From assembly GCF_009914755.1 (NCBI RefSeq), contig NC_060931.1: DNA of 64,000 bases; one strand, written 5' to 3'. Under the pieces are notes generated by a model. The model ran no database searches and was not told the origin of the DNA. It saw only the letters and a program-made list of their open reading frames with translations. This stretch comes from the human T2T-CHM13v2.0 reference genome, Homo sapiens. Of this stretch, positions 22,251 to 40,479 are shown piece by piece. How positions within the stretch are numbered: the stretch's first letter is position 1; each line of letters begins with the position of its first letter. The translations under genes were made by a program, and so were the position numbers.

Positions 22251-22649
22251 CATTTTTCAAATAAAACAAGAGTAAAAGCACTATCTTAATGTGTACTCTC
22301 AGAAACTGGAAACATCCTTCATATCTAACAATAAGAGTTAATTACAGTTATCAGCTTGATTAAATGGTCCTTAATTATTAAATTAATGACTATAAGAAAA
22401 AGAGATAACATACTGCCAATTATTACAAGAGCCTGAGTATACATATACCATATACCATGATAAAGTCTCCTTAGACCAAAATTAAAGATGAAAAGAGAAA
22501 TAAAAACAGACATAGATGATAGGAAGCTTTTCCCTCAACTAATTTACTCTAACACTATCTTTGTAACACATGTGTTTAGAACAAAACAATGCCAAAATGA
22601 GCATCGAGGTTAAAACTGTTTATCAGAGAGGCAACTCCAGAATAAGCAG

Positions 22650-23400
22650 ATACAATATGCCCCTTGATGGAAAGACCTGCTAGTGAGAACTGACTTTCTC
22701 ATATTCATCTATAAATTTAGCACAGTTGTAATCAAAATCTCAATGGGGTGTGTCTTAGAACTCATTAGAATAATTCTAAAATTCACCAGAAACAGTAAAT
22801 TCATGAGAATAGCTAAGAAAAATTTGAAAATGAGCATATTTGCCCTACCAGATATCAAACATCTATAAAAAGCCATGGGGGAGAGGAGGTAATAGAATAA
22901 ACACAGACAGACCTGTCACTGGAACAGAACGGAGAATACAAGAAAAGGCCTTATGTATGCAGGAAAGCCTGTGGCATTTGAAATATGAACAAGTGAGTGA
23001 ACTGAGAGAGGCAAAAGTCTATGCATTTAGGAAAAATTTAGATCCCTACCCTTACACTAGACACAAAAGGAAATTCCAAACAAACCTACAGAGCTCAGTG
23101 TGAAAAAAAATTTTCACATAAAATACATGAAAATTTTTAAAAGATAATCTTGGGATGAAGAATTTTTTTATGTGAAAGATCTGACCACGTAAGTTAAAAC
23201 CTCTATATAAAGACACTATAAACAAAATTAAAAGACAAGTAACAAATGAGGAGAAAAATATGTGTAACACATATAACAAAAGATTAACCATTGTGATATC
23301 TAAAAAAGCTCCTATAAAGCAAGAAGAAGAAAAGGTAAACAACCCAGAAGGGGAAAAAATGGGCAAAGGTATAAACAGGCAATATCCAGAAGAAATGCAA
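22650..23400 (+). mobile_element. Old L1M ORF2 remnant
   Basis: aatcaaaatctcaatggg..., gccctaccagatatcaaa..., gacactataaacaaaattaaaagacaag motifs. Confidence 0.65.
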
Positions 23401-23848
23401 AATTTTTGCCTGTACAAAAATTATATTGTAGACTCATGTAACACCTAGTATACTACATTCTAGGGAATTAAAGAAGTCATGTTTTTCAAAACTAACAAAT
23501 TGCACATATTTACACGATATCAGAATGGGAAATGCCCATCTGAACTTGAATCTACAGAAAAAATTACCAAGAAAAATCATTAAAATTGTCACAGACTTAA
23601 AAAAAAAACCTCGGTACTAGCATTTGTCTAAACCAATGTGAAATATTCTAAGATTTATCCAGGCAGGAAAAGAAACGCAGTTAATAAAAACATGAAAACC
23701 TCATTATCAAACAAGGTGATTATAAATTAAAAAATGAATTTTTTAAATGTGAAAACCATTAAATCTTGCTGATGCTTGGGAAAAATGCAAATCAAAACAA
23801 TAACAGGACAGTTTTCATATATCATATTGGCAAATATCTAAAAAATGA

Positions 23849-24238
<390 letters not shown>

Positions 24239-24802
24239 TGATATGTTAAGTGAGGAAAAGACATATTAAACATACATTAAGATCTCATCCATGTTCTAAA
24301 ACAATAATAACTATGTTTTATGAGTACCTTTATACCAGGCATCAGGTCTGTTTACATGTACTGGCCCACTTCATATTCACAATAATCCTATGAGTTAACA
24401 TTATTATTACCCTCATTTTATGGAGAAAGAAACTGAGACAACAAGAGATCAAGTGATGGAGCCAAGATTTCAACTCAGGTTGACTCTAGAGTTCCAGACC
24501 TTAACCACTAACACAATGTACAGGAATTAATCAAACTCTTTAAACACAGTGGAGTTGAGTATACTGTCTACTTTAATTCCCTATTTTGTCATAGATTTTC
24601 TACTACTTTACTTCTCAAATACAATGAATTTTTAAAAGGATCAATAATCACAAGACAGCAACAGTGTCCCTGAAATTTTCCTAGAGATGCTAACTACAAA
24701 ATAAAACTTATAAATCATAATCCAATTGCTTTAAATATTTTAGCACAGGAACATTTTTCTCAACGAAATTTTATGTGGATCTATAACATAAGAAACAGAT
24801 AA

Positions 24803-25450
<648 letters not shown>

Positions 25451-26173
25451 CAAACTCAAATGTACAACATGTATAATGAGAACAATAAAATTATTCTGAT
25501 GAACACAAACTTTAAATTATGGATGATTGGGCAGTCTTATGTTAAATTTGTTTTGTTTTGATTGCATGGTATCAAGAAAAACCTGATTCACAAACATGAA
25601 TAGATGATAAAGCATATTTTACAAATGATAATGTTTTGTGTGTTTTTTTAAATAGTACATTAACACTATCTAAGGATTTAATTACATCTGTCCAGAAGTT
25701 TTAAAAGTAGAACATTTCTAAATTAATTCTGTAATAGTGTTAAGGAATGAATACTTGGTAGTCATAAACTTTTTGGTAAAAAATAACAACTTTACAATAT
25801 GTACTAGTCTTGCTATATGCATAAGGCAGTCACATTATTGCCTAATGCAATTAGTTCTAATAGTACTGACTGTGCTTACATAATGTTACATGAAAAAACA
25901 AGCACCAGCCTAAAATTTCAAAATATCAACATAAAGCTACAGTCTCACTGATCAATAACATTTTTATCCTTTCTAACTCTGAGGAGGGAAAAAGAAGAAA
26001 AGAGAAATTTTTAATTAAAAAATAAAATAGTATTTTAAAAGTTTCAAGTCTATACACAAAGTGAGACACTGTTCCAAGGATTGTTGTCCTGGGTATGGGC
26101 ATTACAGATAATTTACATTTTCTTCCTTTCGCTTATTTTCTCTTTTCTCTCAAATATTCTAAATGCATTGCTA

Positions 26174-26465
26174 TTTTTTTTTTTTTGATGGAATTTTGCT
26201 CTGTTGTCCAGGCTGGAGTGCAGTGGCGTGATCTCAGCTTAGTGCAACCTCTGCCTCCCAGGTTCAAGCGATTCTCATGCCTCAGCTTCCCAGGTAATTA
26301 AGACTACAGGCACCCACCACCACACCTGGCTAATTTTTGTATTTTTAGTAGAGATGGTGGTTCACCATGTTGCCAGGCTGGCCTTGAACTCCTAATCTCA
26401 GGTCATCCATCCACCTTGGCCTCCCAAAGTGCTGGGATTACAGGTGTGAGCCACTGCACCTGGCC
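26174..26465 (-). mobile_element. Alu (S-type), followed by a - strand L1M 3' fragment to ~26990
   Basis: Antisense Alu consensus. Confidence 0.9.
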
Positions 26466-27180
26466 AACTTTTTATTTTAAAATTACTGTAATTATAAATC
26501 ATAGGAATTTGCAAAAAAGTACACAGGGAGGTCCCAAGTACCCTCGCCCAAATTCCTCCAATGTTATTGACGTAACTCTAGTACATGGTCACCATCAGGA
26601 AACTGACCTTGGTACAATCCCGAGTTTATTCAGGTTTCACCAGTTTTGTAAGCAAAGGGGGACTTGAGTATGCTAGGATTTGTATGCAGTATGTGTGTGT
26701 GTGGTTGTATGAAATTTCATCACATTTGCAGCTTTATATAATCACACCTGAGATACAGAACTGTTCCACCCCTACACAGCTCCCTCATGCTACCACTTTA
26801 TAACCACACCACCTCTCACCTCCCATCCCTAACTCCTAGCAACCACTAAGTCTGTTCTCCATCTCTGCAGGTTTGTTATTTCAATAATGTTACATGAATG
26901 CAATCAAACAGTATGTAACCTTTTAGGGTTCTCACTGGTTTTCACTCAGTATAACTCTCTTGAGATAACTGGGTAGTACAAACCAGTTGTGTCTAATACA
27001 TTAAAAAGTAGCATGAGATGCATTTGACTGTGTATAAACATTTATAATATTTTAAAGTTTAAAACATTAAAATGTGAATCAAAGGTGTATGATATCCCTG
27101 TTTCATTGACACAGAACAAGGATTCTGAGGTACAAATTTTGAAAACTGGTAATCTAATGCAAGTCTAGTACAATGTAGTA

Positions 27181-27404
27181 CAGGTTGAGTATTCTTTATC
27201 TGAAATGCTCTGAAGCAGAAATACTTTGGATTTGGGATTTTTCAGATTTGGGAATATGTGCTTTATATACCAGTTGAGCATCCCAAATCTGAAAGTCCAA
27301 AATCCAAAATGTTCCAAAATCCAAAACTTTGAGTGCCAATATGACACTCAACAGAAATGCTCACTGGGGCATTTCAGATTTTGCATTTTCAGATCCTCAG
27401 CCTG
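27181..27404. mobile_element. Tigger4/MER46-like DNA transposon (TcMar-Tigger)
   Basis: TA|CAGGTTGAG ... CTCAGCCTG|TA terminal inverted repeats; internal atttcagatttt/aatccaaaat motifs. Confidence 0.8.
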
Positions 27405-28167
27405 TACAAGTACTTTACAGAAGAAAAGCCCAGGACTCAGTGCTGTGTATTATCAGTGTTTACAAGACTACATGGTTTACAGGAACACCTGGTTTTGCAC
27501 TTTTTATGGACAACCTCTAGATTCTGGTTCTTTCCCAACCCAGTTGAGTACGTTACATTCAAATAGACCACTTGCTATTCTTCTCAAATGACCACAGTTT
27601 GCTACCCTTTCAAGTTCTTTCTAATGATTGAGGAAATAAACTCCGCTTAAATTCCCGTATCTGTGTGGTGCATTAGCTAGCACCACACCTCAGGCCCAAT
27701 TCTCCCGTCTCTATATGCAGCAGGTCCACATGAAAAGGCCTCCCTCAGAAAGAGCTACCCTAACCTGGGACAGATTCAAACAAACTCCTTTCCCTCCCCC
27801 TCCCTTCAGGTGCCCAGATCCCCTTTCTTCTTTCTCCCTAGGCTAATCTGCTAAGTCTCTGGATAGCTCACTCCACTGCCTATCTGTTTGTTAACTGGGT
27901 GTGACAAACCACGTCCTCACACCTTCAGGCTTAGAAGGCAAACACTCCAGGAACTTACTTCTCAAATACCACAATACCTTCACAGTAATTTCCCTGCCTT
28001 TCCCAAGAGTGCTCTAAACAGATAAAAGCTATAATACAAACTCTATATATTTTTGTCGTACAGATACAAAAAATGGCACCATTGTTTGCATATTTTAAAA
28101 ATCTGGTTGATATGGTTATCATTCTATCAATATTAGATCTAAATGGAATTTAAAGTAGTGGTAAAAG

Positions 28168-28605
28168 GCTGGGTGTGGTGGCTCACACCTATAATCTCAG
28201 CACTTTGGGAGGTGAAGGTGGGAGGATTGCTTGAGGTCAGGAGTTTGAGACCAGCCCAGACAACAAAGTGAGACCTTGTCACTATGAAAAATAGAAAAAA
28301 TTAGCCAGGCATGGTGGTGTGCACCTGTAGACCCAGCTACTCAGGAAGCTGAGGTGAGAGGATCACTTGACCCAGGGAGGTTGAGGCTGCAGTGAGCCGT
28401 GACTGCACCACTGCACTCAGCCTGGGTAGACAGCGTGAGCCAATGTCTCAAAAAAATGAAAGAAAGAAAAGGAAAGGAAGGAGAAAGAAAAGAAAAAAAG
28501 AAAGGAGGGAGGGAGGGAGGGAAGGAAAAGAAAGGAAGAGAAGAAAGAAAGGAGGGAGGGAGGGAAAGAAAGAAAAAAGAAGAGAAGAAAGGAAGACAGA
28601 AAGAG
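28168..28605 (+). mobile_element. Alu (J-type) whose tail has expanded into a ~150-bp GA-rich purine tract (28456-28605); MIR follows
   Basis: Alu consensus followed by (GAAA/GGGA)n. Confidence 0.88.
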
Positions 28606-29327
28606 CGGTGGTAAAGAGCTTGGACTCTTGAGCCAGACTGCCTGGGTTAGAATCAGGCCTCTGCCACTGTACTACCTGGATCAAGTGTTAGTCTGCGTTG
28701 CTCAGTTTTCTCATGTGTAAAATGGTGATAAAAGCTACCTGCCTCATGGGACTGTTGTGAGACTTCAATAATATATGTAAAACATTTAGAACACTGCCTA
28801 GCACATAGTAAGCATTATCTGTAAGTATTAACATTTATCTCTACTACAGTCCGGATTCACTTCCTTGTGATATTTCTCTATTCCTCTTGGACTTTTTTCA
28901 GTTCAACCTGCTTCTGAAATTTCCATACCAAGAAACAATGATAATGTTAAGAATTTTATTTCTGAAATTCATCTTGGTTAGTCAAAATTACTAGAAGAAA
29001 CTCTCTTTTATGTACTAGCAGTTATTAACATTTCACTAAATATGAATACAAGCATTTAAAGTATGGGAGTAATGGAACAAATGCCAAGCAAAAAGCAGGC
29101 TATCAATCAGGATGCATATGTGATACTCCCATGTTAAAAAAAAGGGAGGAATCATATGGTCATATGGATGTTTGTCTATGCGTCAAATGGCTCTGAAAAG
29201 TTTCAAAGCGGTCTACTGAGAGGGAGAACTGTCTGGTGGAAGGGATATGAAGGAAACTTCACTGTACATGCTTTGTTATCTTTCAAATCTGAAGCAGCAA
29301 ACGTGTTATCTAGACAAGAATTTAAAT

Positions 29328-30256
<929 letters not shown>

Positions 30257-30326
30257 TAGGTTCTATTCTAATTCTAAAAGTTTCATTATCTCAGAGGGGT
30301 AGTAAATAGATTGTACTTTTTTTTAA

Positions 30327-30729
<403 letters not shown>

Positions 30730-30749
30730 GTGGACTTGATTTTCAAATG

Positions 30750-30947
30750 CAGTGGACCCTTGAACAACACAGGTTTAAGCTGCGTGGGCCCACTTATATG
30801 TGGATCTTTTTCAACCAAATGCAGACCGAAACCTGCATATATGGAGGCCCAACTTTTCATATATCCAGGTTTTGCAGGGCCCACGGTGGGGACTTGACTA
30901 TGCCAGGATTTTGGTAGAAATAGGGGTCCTGGAACAAATCCCCTATG
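30750..30947 (+). mobile_element. MER8/Tigger2-like DNA transposon fragment
   Basis: cagtggacccttgaacaacacaggttt..gggcccacttatatgtggat matches the Tigger2-family terminus. Confidence 0.75.
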
Positions 30948-31137
30948 GTATATGTCCTATACATATGTCCTATACATATACCATAAGACAACCAGACTAT
31001 TTTTACAGTTTTAAGAAACATAGATTTGTCAAGCCTATTAGCCTATCCAGATCATTTGTACTATTCTTACATAGAAACCCTTCTTAGAGGGGGTCTAATA
31101 TATAGGAAATACTTACATAGAATATTCTGCATGTTAG

Positions 31138-32468
<1,331 letters not shown>

Positions 32469-33636
32469 AAGTAAACTTCCACATAGCTAATTGATTCCAT
32501 TTAAAGATCTTTTATTCTAAGAGATTCTGTTCTTTCAAATTGTTTGAATGGAAATATCCTTTTGTTAAATGAAATGATGGTGATAGGAGATAGTGGTGTG
32601 TTACTGTTTTTATTGGCTGTACCTGGTAGAAGTAAAAAATCAGCATTTCTATTGTAGCCTCCTAACTGGGGGGAAATATTTCTTTAGAAATCTAAAAGTC
32701 TGGAACTTTCCATCATTATGCCTCCCCAGAATAATAGAGGACTTTACACACAGATTACACATGCCCCTCAAGATTCTCTCATTAATCTCTACCTTATTCT
32801 GTTTGGATTAAGACATTTAGGGATTGTGAAATGAGAATAAAGTGAATTTAAGCAATCCAAAACCACATGCTGACTCTGGGTCCTCGAAGATTGCTTTCTT
32901 CAGAATCTTTTTCATGTGTTAACTTTCCTCTGGGCTCAAACTTTCTTTTCCTAAAACAGTCACATCTTTGAGTATTACTGCTACATGGCAATCACTATCA
33001 AAATAAACTAACTTGAGGCATCCAATAATCAGCTTTCATTTAAAGTCTCTTTCAGCTTGACAAAACAAAAACTTTCAATGATGTTGTGTCTACCACTTCC
33101 AAAAGAAAATTAGTCTATATCCGTACATATATATGTGATTATATATGTATACGTACATATGTGATATTGAATAGCCTGTTTATAAACTACTTGCAAAACA
33201 AGCTGATTTGTAAATTCATTTATTAAATGAGTAGTTTATAAACTACTTGATTTTTGCAAGTAGTTTATAAACAGGCTGATCAAACTGAACAAATGTCTTA
33301 ATTTCACTGTATAGATAGCAAATAAATTATTTACTCTTATTGGCATATCTTATTTTTACCCACCCTCCTTTTGCAAGCTTCTAAGTTAAACTATTTTATG
33401 TCCACAGCTACACAATGAAACATCACTTTCAGTCACAACATATTAAATTCACATTTAAAACTATAAAGAGATCCAGTTACCTTTAGTCTTACATGTACTT
33501 ATATATATTTTTAATATACTACTTGATGTTTTATGGTGCAAAAACACGCAGCTCTTGCAGGATGCATAACTATGAAAATATTTAGAGTGTATGCTTATTA
33601 AATGGTTCAAAACTCTCTTTTTAAAAGAAAAGTCCA

Positions 33637-34276
<640 letters not shown>

Positions 34277-35639
34277 TTAAGCATATAGTGAAGTACTCTT
34301 TCCATGCCCCAATGTTAAAAGGTCCATCTATTATAGACTACTTGTTTCAAATAAAAATCTAAAACTGGTAATAATTCTGCTTAAATTCCATATTAAACTA
34401 GGATCAAAAGTTATTTTTAGTTCCTCTTGTTTCTTAAATACTTGAAAAGTGCTGCTACATGTTTTCCTTATATATTTATTCATTCAACTAACTTTGGGTG
34501 GAAGGTACTTGCAAGTTTAAAAGTCCTTTCCAAAAGTGGAAATAACATAAAAATGTTTGCATAAAAGACACTCAATGGTTCTCAAAGTGTATCTGAGAGT
34601 CTAATCAGCCTATTAACTTTGTTCTGAATAACCAACAACAAATGTGAGCTTTTTGTCACATCTATGTATTTTCCCCTGTAAACTGATACCTACATTTTAA
34701 ATGCATTTTTAAAATGTTCCATTTGGCCCTATGATAATTATTTCTCCTGTAAAAAGCTACAGGATTTTTGTTTAAGAGCAAATGAGATAGAGTATCTGAT
34801 CCATGAAAAAGGCTAAGTGGAAAGATCAGCTCCCTAAAGTTTGTAACCAATAACAAGACAAATTCCAATGCTACTTGTTCATATAATCAACAATATGTGA
34901 GTCGAAATAAACTAGTGAGCTATATATTTCTGATACATACAAATTTACCAATCAACAGGAGAGGAAGAAATCGCTCAAATGTGACTACTGTTAACAAACA
35001 TCTAAATATCAGACATAGTCTCTATCAAAATCGTAACCTATCAATTTTGAAATCATTCCTTCGACTTTTGTTATGCTTTTAATCCCCCCATTAAAGAAAG
35101 AAAGAAAACACGCATCCACTTTTAAAATGTAAATTCTCCCTTTCTCAAAGTAAGTTGCCTAGGGAAATTCAATGCATTAAAATAAAACGTAACAGACAAA
35201 TCAATTACAACATTAAAAAAAAAACTAAAATGATCAGTAACACAAACCAATCACTCCAGTTTAGCAAAGCATGTGTTTTTAATCTGTTGTGGGTATCGTA
35301 TTATGCTAATAAGCAACAATGTCTAAAACTCATCCCAATGCCTATAACACCGCCATCTACATAACATACTTGTCCTTTACTCCAATGAAGCTTAAACTAG
35401 ACTCGAACTCAGACCATTTCCCCCTCCTGGCACACAGAAATATACGAGGGGGAATCCAAGAAATCAGATATGTTAAGTGCCGGTATCTTCTTCCAAAGTA
35501 GGGTCAAATTCGTGTTTGCCCGCAAATGTCACCGTCCTAGTAAGTCTGCAAATTCTCACTAGCGCTGGAGTACAAAGAGGCCTGACCACGGAAACACCTG
35601 TCCTAGCACCAGGAAGACAGTGGGAAATATAACCCTCCC

Positions 35640-36062
35640 TGGGTCTGAGCCCGCCCCAAAGACTCAGCAGCAGCGATGGTGGGGACAAGAGGCGGCCGCT
35701 GGTCTCGCGGGTGCTGCGGACAGGGTCCCACACCCCCGGACCGCCTCCCGAGAACGAGGAAACCTGTCAAGCCGGCCGGGACCCACACTCCACAGCCCCC
35801 TCGCGCTCCTGCCCAGCCCAGCCCCAGCGCGCCCGACCGCTCCCCATCTGCCCCAGCCTCCGGGCTGCACTCGGCCACCTCATTCTTCCCCGGCGACCTC
35901 GCGGCCCCGCCACCTCCTCCCCGCGACCTGGGCTCGGGTTGCCCCCGGGCAGGAGCGCCCGACCGCCGCCTCCCGCCCAGCCCCGACCCAGTCAGTTCCC
36001 CCGCGGCCCGGTCCCCTCCGCCTCCAGGCCCGAGCTCCCACCGCGCGCTCCCCAGCCCCAGC
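35640..36062. promoter_or_regulatory. CpG island, probably a truncated promoter/first-intron island of a minus-strand unit
   Basis: Non-repetitive, very GC- and CpG-rich, GC boxes (ccgccc), strongly C-rich on +; switches abruptly to AT-rich sequence at 36063. Confidence 0.75.
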
Positions 36063-36364
36063 TAATATTATAAGCTAATATAATCAGGACGAAGAAAATG
36101 AAAAGTCAGAATAAAATGAAAGGCCAGGAATAAGAACACAGATAAGCAGGCCATAGGGACTTACACAATTATGAAAATTGTGTCATAAATTTGGCTGTGA
36201 GCTTCCTGGTGGCCAAAACTAAAAGGAAAACAGATGTATGTGCTTTTCTCACTGTCTTTAAGAAGAAACACAGTGTTCTTGGGGATTTTCAGTGTTTCCC
36301 TGGTTGCAGCTTCCATTTTTTCAGGGGCTTTATATAGTGATGTTGAGTAATAAGCAATATCCTT

Positions 36365-36770
36365 GTATTCGTTATCTATTGTTGGGTAAAAATCGCCCCA
36401 AATTCAGCAGCTTTATAAACAATAAACTTTTTTTTCCTCACAGTTTCCATGGGCTAGGAATCTGGGTGAGGTTAGCTGTGTCCTCTGGCTCAGGCTCTCA
36501 CGAGGATACAATCAGGCTGTCAGCCAGGGCTGCAGCTCTCTCAAGGCTTCAGAATCCTCTTTGAAACTCACTTCGACGGCTGCTGGCAGGCCTCAGGTCC
36601 TCTCTGGCTGTGGGCTGGAGACATCAGTTCTTGTCCACTTGCACCTCTTCATAAGAAGCAGCTGGCTTACCCCAGGGCTAGGGAGGGGAAAGAGGAAGAG
36701 ACAGAAAAAGAAAATGAGAGACAGTTTCACAGTCCTTTTTGAAACCTAATCCCAGAAGTGACATCCCAAG
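36365..36770 (-). mobile_element. MLT1-type MaLR LTR fragment
   Basis: tgtattcgttatctattg...ctcacagtttccatgggctaggaatctggg...ggctgcagctctctcaaggc. Confidence 0.7.
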
Positions 36771-37577
36771 ATAAATAAGTATAATACATATTAAGTTATA
36801 TGGTGGTAAATGCTAAGAAAATAATCAAAATTCTCCATGTGGTATTAGTTCATAGCACAGAAGTTAAGAGCTTGGGTCCAGGAGGTAGACTTGGAGTTTG
36901 AATTCTAGTTCTCTGACTTATTACCCATGTGATTTCGGGCCAGGCTATATTGCCTCTCCAAGCCTCAGTTTCCTTATTTCATTATTGTCAGTACAGAGAA
37001 AATGCTCATTTTTATAAACCTGGAGGAGTGGACCAGTAAACATCATTTGTACAGACAGGACCTGCTGACCCACCAGGCAAAAAAGAGGCCCCCACTGAGC
37101 AAGTCTACCTGCCAGATGCTATGTCATATTTAAACTTCATGAGATCTGGCCAGGCACAGTAACTCATGCCTGTAAATCCCTGTAGATCAAGGTGGGAGGA
37201 TTGCTTGAGGCCGGGAGTTCAAGGCTGCAGTGAGCCATGATTGTGCCACTGCACTCCAGCCTGGGCAACAGGGTGAGACCCTGTCTCCACAAATAAATAA
37301 ACATCTTATGATCTGTACCAGGGTACAGGCAGGTGTTATTATCCCCACTTTTCATCCTCAACTCTGAGTTGAGTCATACATCAACTCTGATGACCTTTGC
37401 TTCCACTCCCCTTAAGCCATCCACAGGAATAGCTACTTTACATAGAAAAGTCAATCTGAGAGGGTTGAGTGACTTGCCCAATTACTGTAAAAGGTAGAGC
37501 TTCAGTTAGCACCAAAGCCCATCTGATGCTAGTATTCCCTCTCCACCCATCCACGTGGCTTCCTGGTACTTATTTTA

Positions 37578-38281
<704 letters not shown>

Positions 38282-38634
38282 TAATCAAGGGCTAGGGTGT
38301 TCCCTTCTTCTTGCCTCAAGGTGAAACAGAGGGGGCTCCCCTGTGCTCTGTAGCAGGCTAGACCTAGGCTTAAATCCTAAAGTGTGCAGAGACTCCGCTG
38401 CACACTGCCATCCCAAGGCCCCTGTGATGTGTCTCAACTGGGGTCCTCTCCCTCCAAGCTCTGTGAACCTCAGTGCTGGGACCCTGAAAATAATTTAAGA
38501 CAGGCATAAACAAGACCCTGGCTGCCAACCTAAACTTAGTCTCAGAGCTCAGGTACATTCAGGAACCCTGAAGCCCATGACTTCTCACACCCCTGCCATC
38601 CTATTCTTAGTTGTCTAAAATAATTTAAACATTT

Positions 38635-39222
38635 TATTTATTTTAATTTTTTATTTGTTTTTTTGAGACAGAGTCCTGCTCTGTCACCCAGGCTGGAGTG
38701 CAGTGGCATGATTTCGGCTCACTGCAACCTCTGTCTCCTGGGTTCAAGTGATTCTCCTGCCTTAGCCTCCTGAGTAGCTGGGATTACAGATGCCTGCCAC
38801 CATGCCTGGCTAATTTTTGTATTTTTAGTAGAGACAGGGTTTTACCATGTTGCCCAGGCTGGTCTCGAACTCCTGACCTCAGGTGATCCGGCCTCCCAAA
38901 GTGCTGGGATTAAAGGTGTGAGCCACCACACCTGGCTGAGACTATATTTTTTTAATTAAAAAATGTTTTTTGAGGCCAGGCACAGTGGCTCATGCCTGTA
39001 ATCCCAGTACTTGGGGATGCTGAGGCAGGCAGATTATTTGAGGGCAGGAGTTTGAAACCAGCCTAACCAACATAGTTAAATCCGGTCTCTACTAAAAATA
39101 CAAAAATTAGCGGGATATGGCGGTGGGTGCTTGTAATCCCAGCTACTCATGAGGCTGAGGCAGGAGTATCACTTGAGCCTGAGAGGCGGAGGTTGCAGTG
39201 AGCAGAGATCACACCACAGCAC
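38635..39222. mobile_element. Head-to-head Alu pair (-38635-38937, +38974-39222)
   Basis: Alu consensus; the + copy lacks its 3' end and fuses directly to a - AluJ at ~39222. Confidence 0.88.
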
Positions 39223-39322
39223 GATCATAGCTCACTGCTGCCTCAGATTCCTGGGCTCCAGCCATCTGCCTGCCTCAGCCTCCTGAGTAGCTGAGATTAC
39301 ACGCATGCACCACCACACCCAG

Positions 39323-40479
39323 TGTGAGAAACAAATGCACCCGTCCAAACCCAAAGAATGGACTCAGACAGAGCACAGAGAAAGTGAGACTTTTAATGAT
39401 GGTCTTGCAGGATCGGGTGTCTGGCACCAGGCACACATAGCACAGTTTCAACAAGCAATGTATCCCTTCGTCTGCAGGTACCTCCCCTGGTTCCTCATAG
39501 GCTGAGTACTATGGGGTCACAATCTTCCTGGATGTTGCCTATTGGTTGTTGGGTAGGGGCTGTAGGTGTTTTCTTTAGGGTTGTTAGAAATACCAGAATT
39601 GTTAGAAATATATAATTGGTGCCATGAAGTAAAGTCAGCATGAAGACAAAAGATCTCTCAGCAAGGCAATCTTTACTTTCTGCGGAAAGGGTGCTCAATC
39701 ACAGATGGAACAATGGCAAGAGCACACCTGAGCAAAGGAAAAGCAGATCTATTTACCCTTATGCATTTGGGTCGTCCTTACTGCTTTGTCCTGCATCCGC
39801 TGGCTGGAGTTGAACCTCACAATCTTAAACTGATACCCGATTTGCTAATAGCCTAAAACTTCCCTAAATAGGTAAGTGCAGGGAAGAACAAAGAAAGAGA
39901 GGAAGTTGCTTATGAAAGGCTTAAGGAAGTAATAACATTTCCAAATAAGGAAGGGAAATAAACTATGAGCTAAGACTTGCCTGGGCCTGTCCAGACATGC
40001 CTGAGTAAGCCAAGCAACTCAATGGGCTAAAGTGTAAGAACTAATAGTTGATAGGAGGCTTTAGAGTAAGGAGCTATTATTCCTGGTGTCTATTATTTTA
40101 TGTTTAAACCAAGATGAGCTTTGAAGAGGAACTTTTCTACTTCCTACAGTTGTCCTGCTGCATTTTGTTGCAGCCCACAATGCATTGCAATCCTAGTTAG
40201 CTTAGAGCCTCTTCAAGTATTTGACTTATGACCCAAGTAGCTAGGCAGGCTGATAAGAACAGACAAAACCAGCTATTTTGTGGGCTAGTAAAGTTTCATC
40301 TTAGACTAAACTTCTTTGGTTCAGGTGGGGGCAACGAAAAAGGTGGGGGTGGTGACAAGCAGGCATTGAGTGTCCAAGCAGAAACCTAGTATGTACTGTT
40401 TCTTTTGTAGTTTGCTGGCCTAACCTGATTTAAGCCACTTTGTCTTGGAAATGGACCACTGTATACATTATTTCCTTCA
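39323..40479 (-). mobile_element. ERV solo LTR containing a second nested LTR (~39582-40148), inserted in an AluJ
   Basis: TG...CA termini; TSD cccag at 39318-39322 and 40480-40484; the Alu resumes ctaatttt at 40485. Confidence 0.8.

Noticed and set aside
27663-27688. 9-bp stem hairpin gtgtggtgc...gcaccacac
   Set aside because: Short enough to occur by chance in 64 kb.
35473-36078. ORFs over the CpG island
   Set aside because: Multiple overlapping P/G/R-rich frames with no recognisable domain; a GC artefact.
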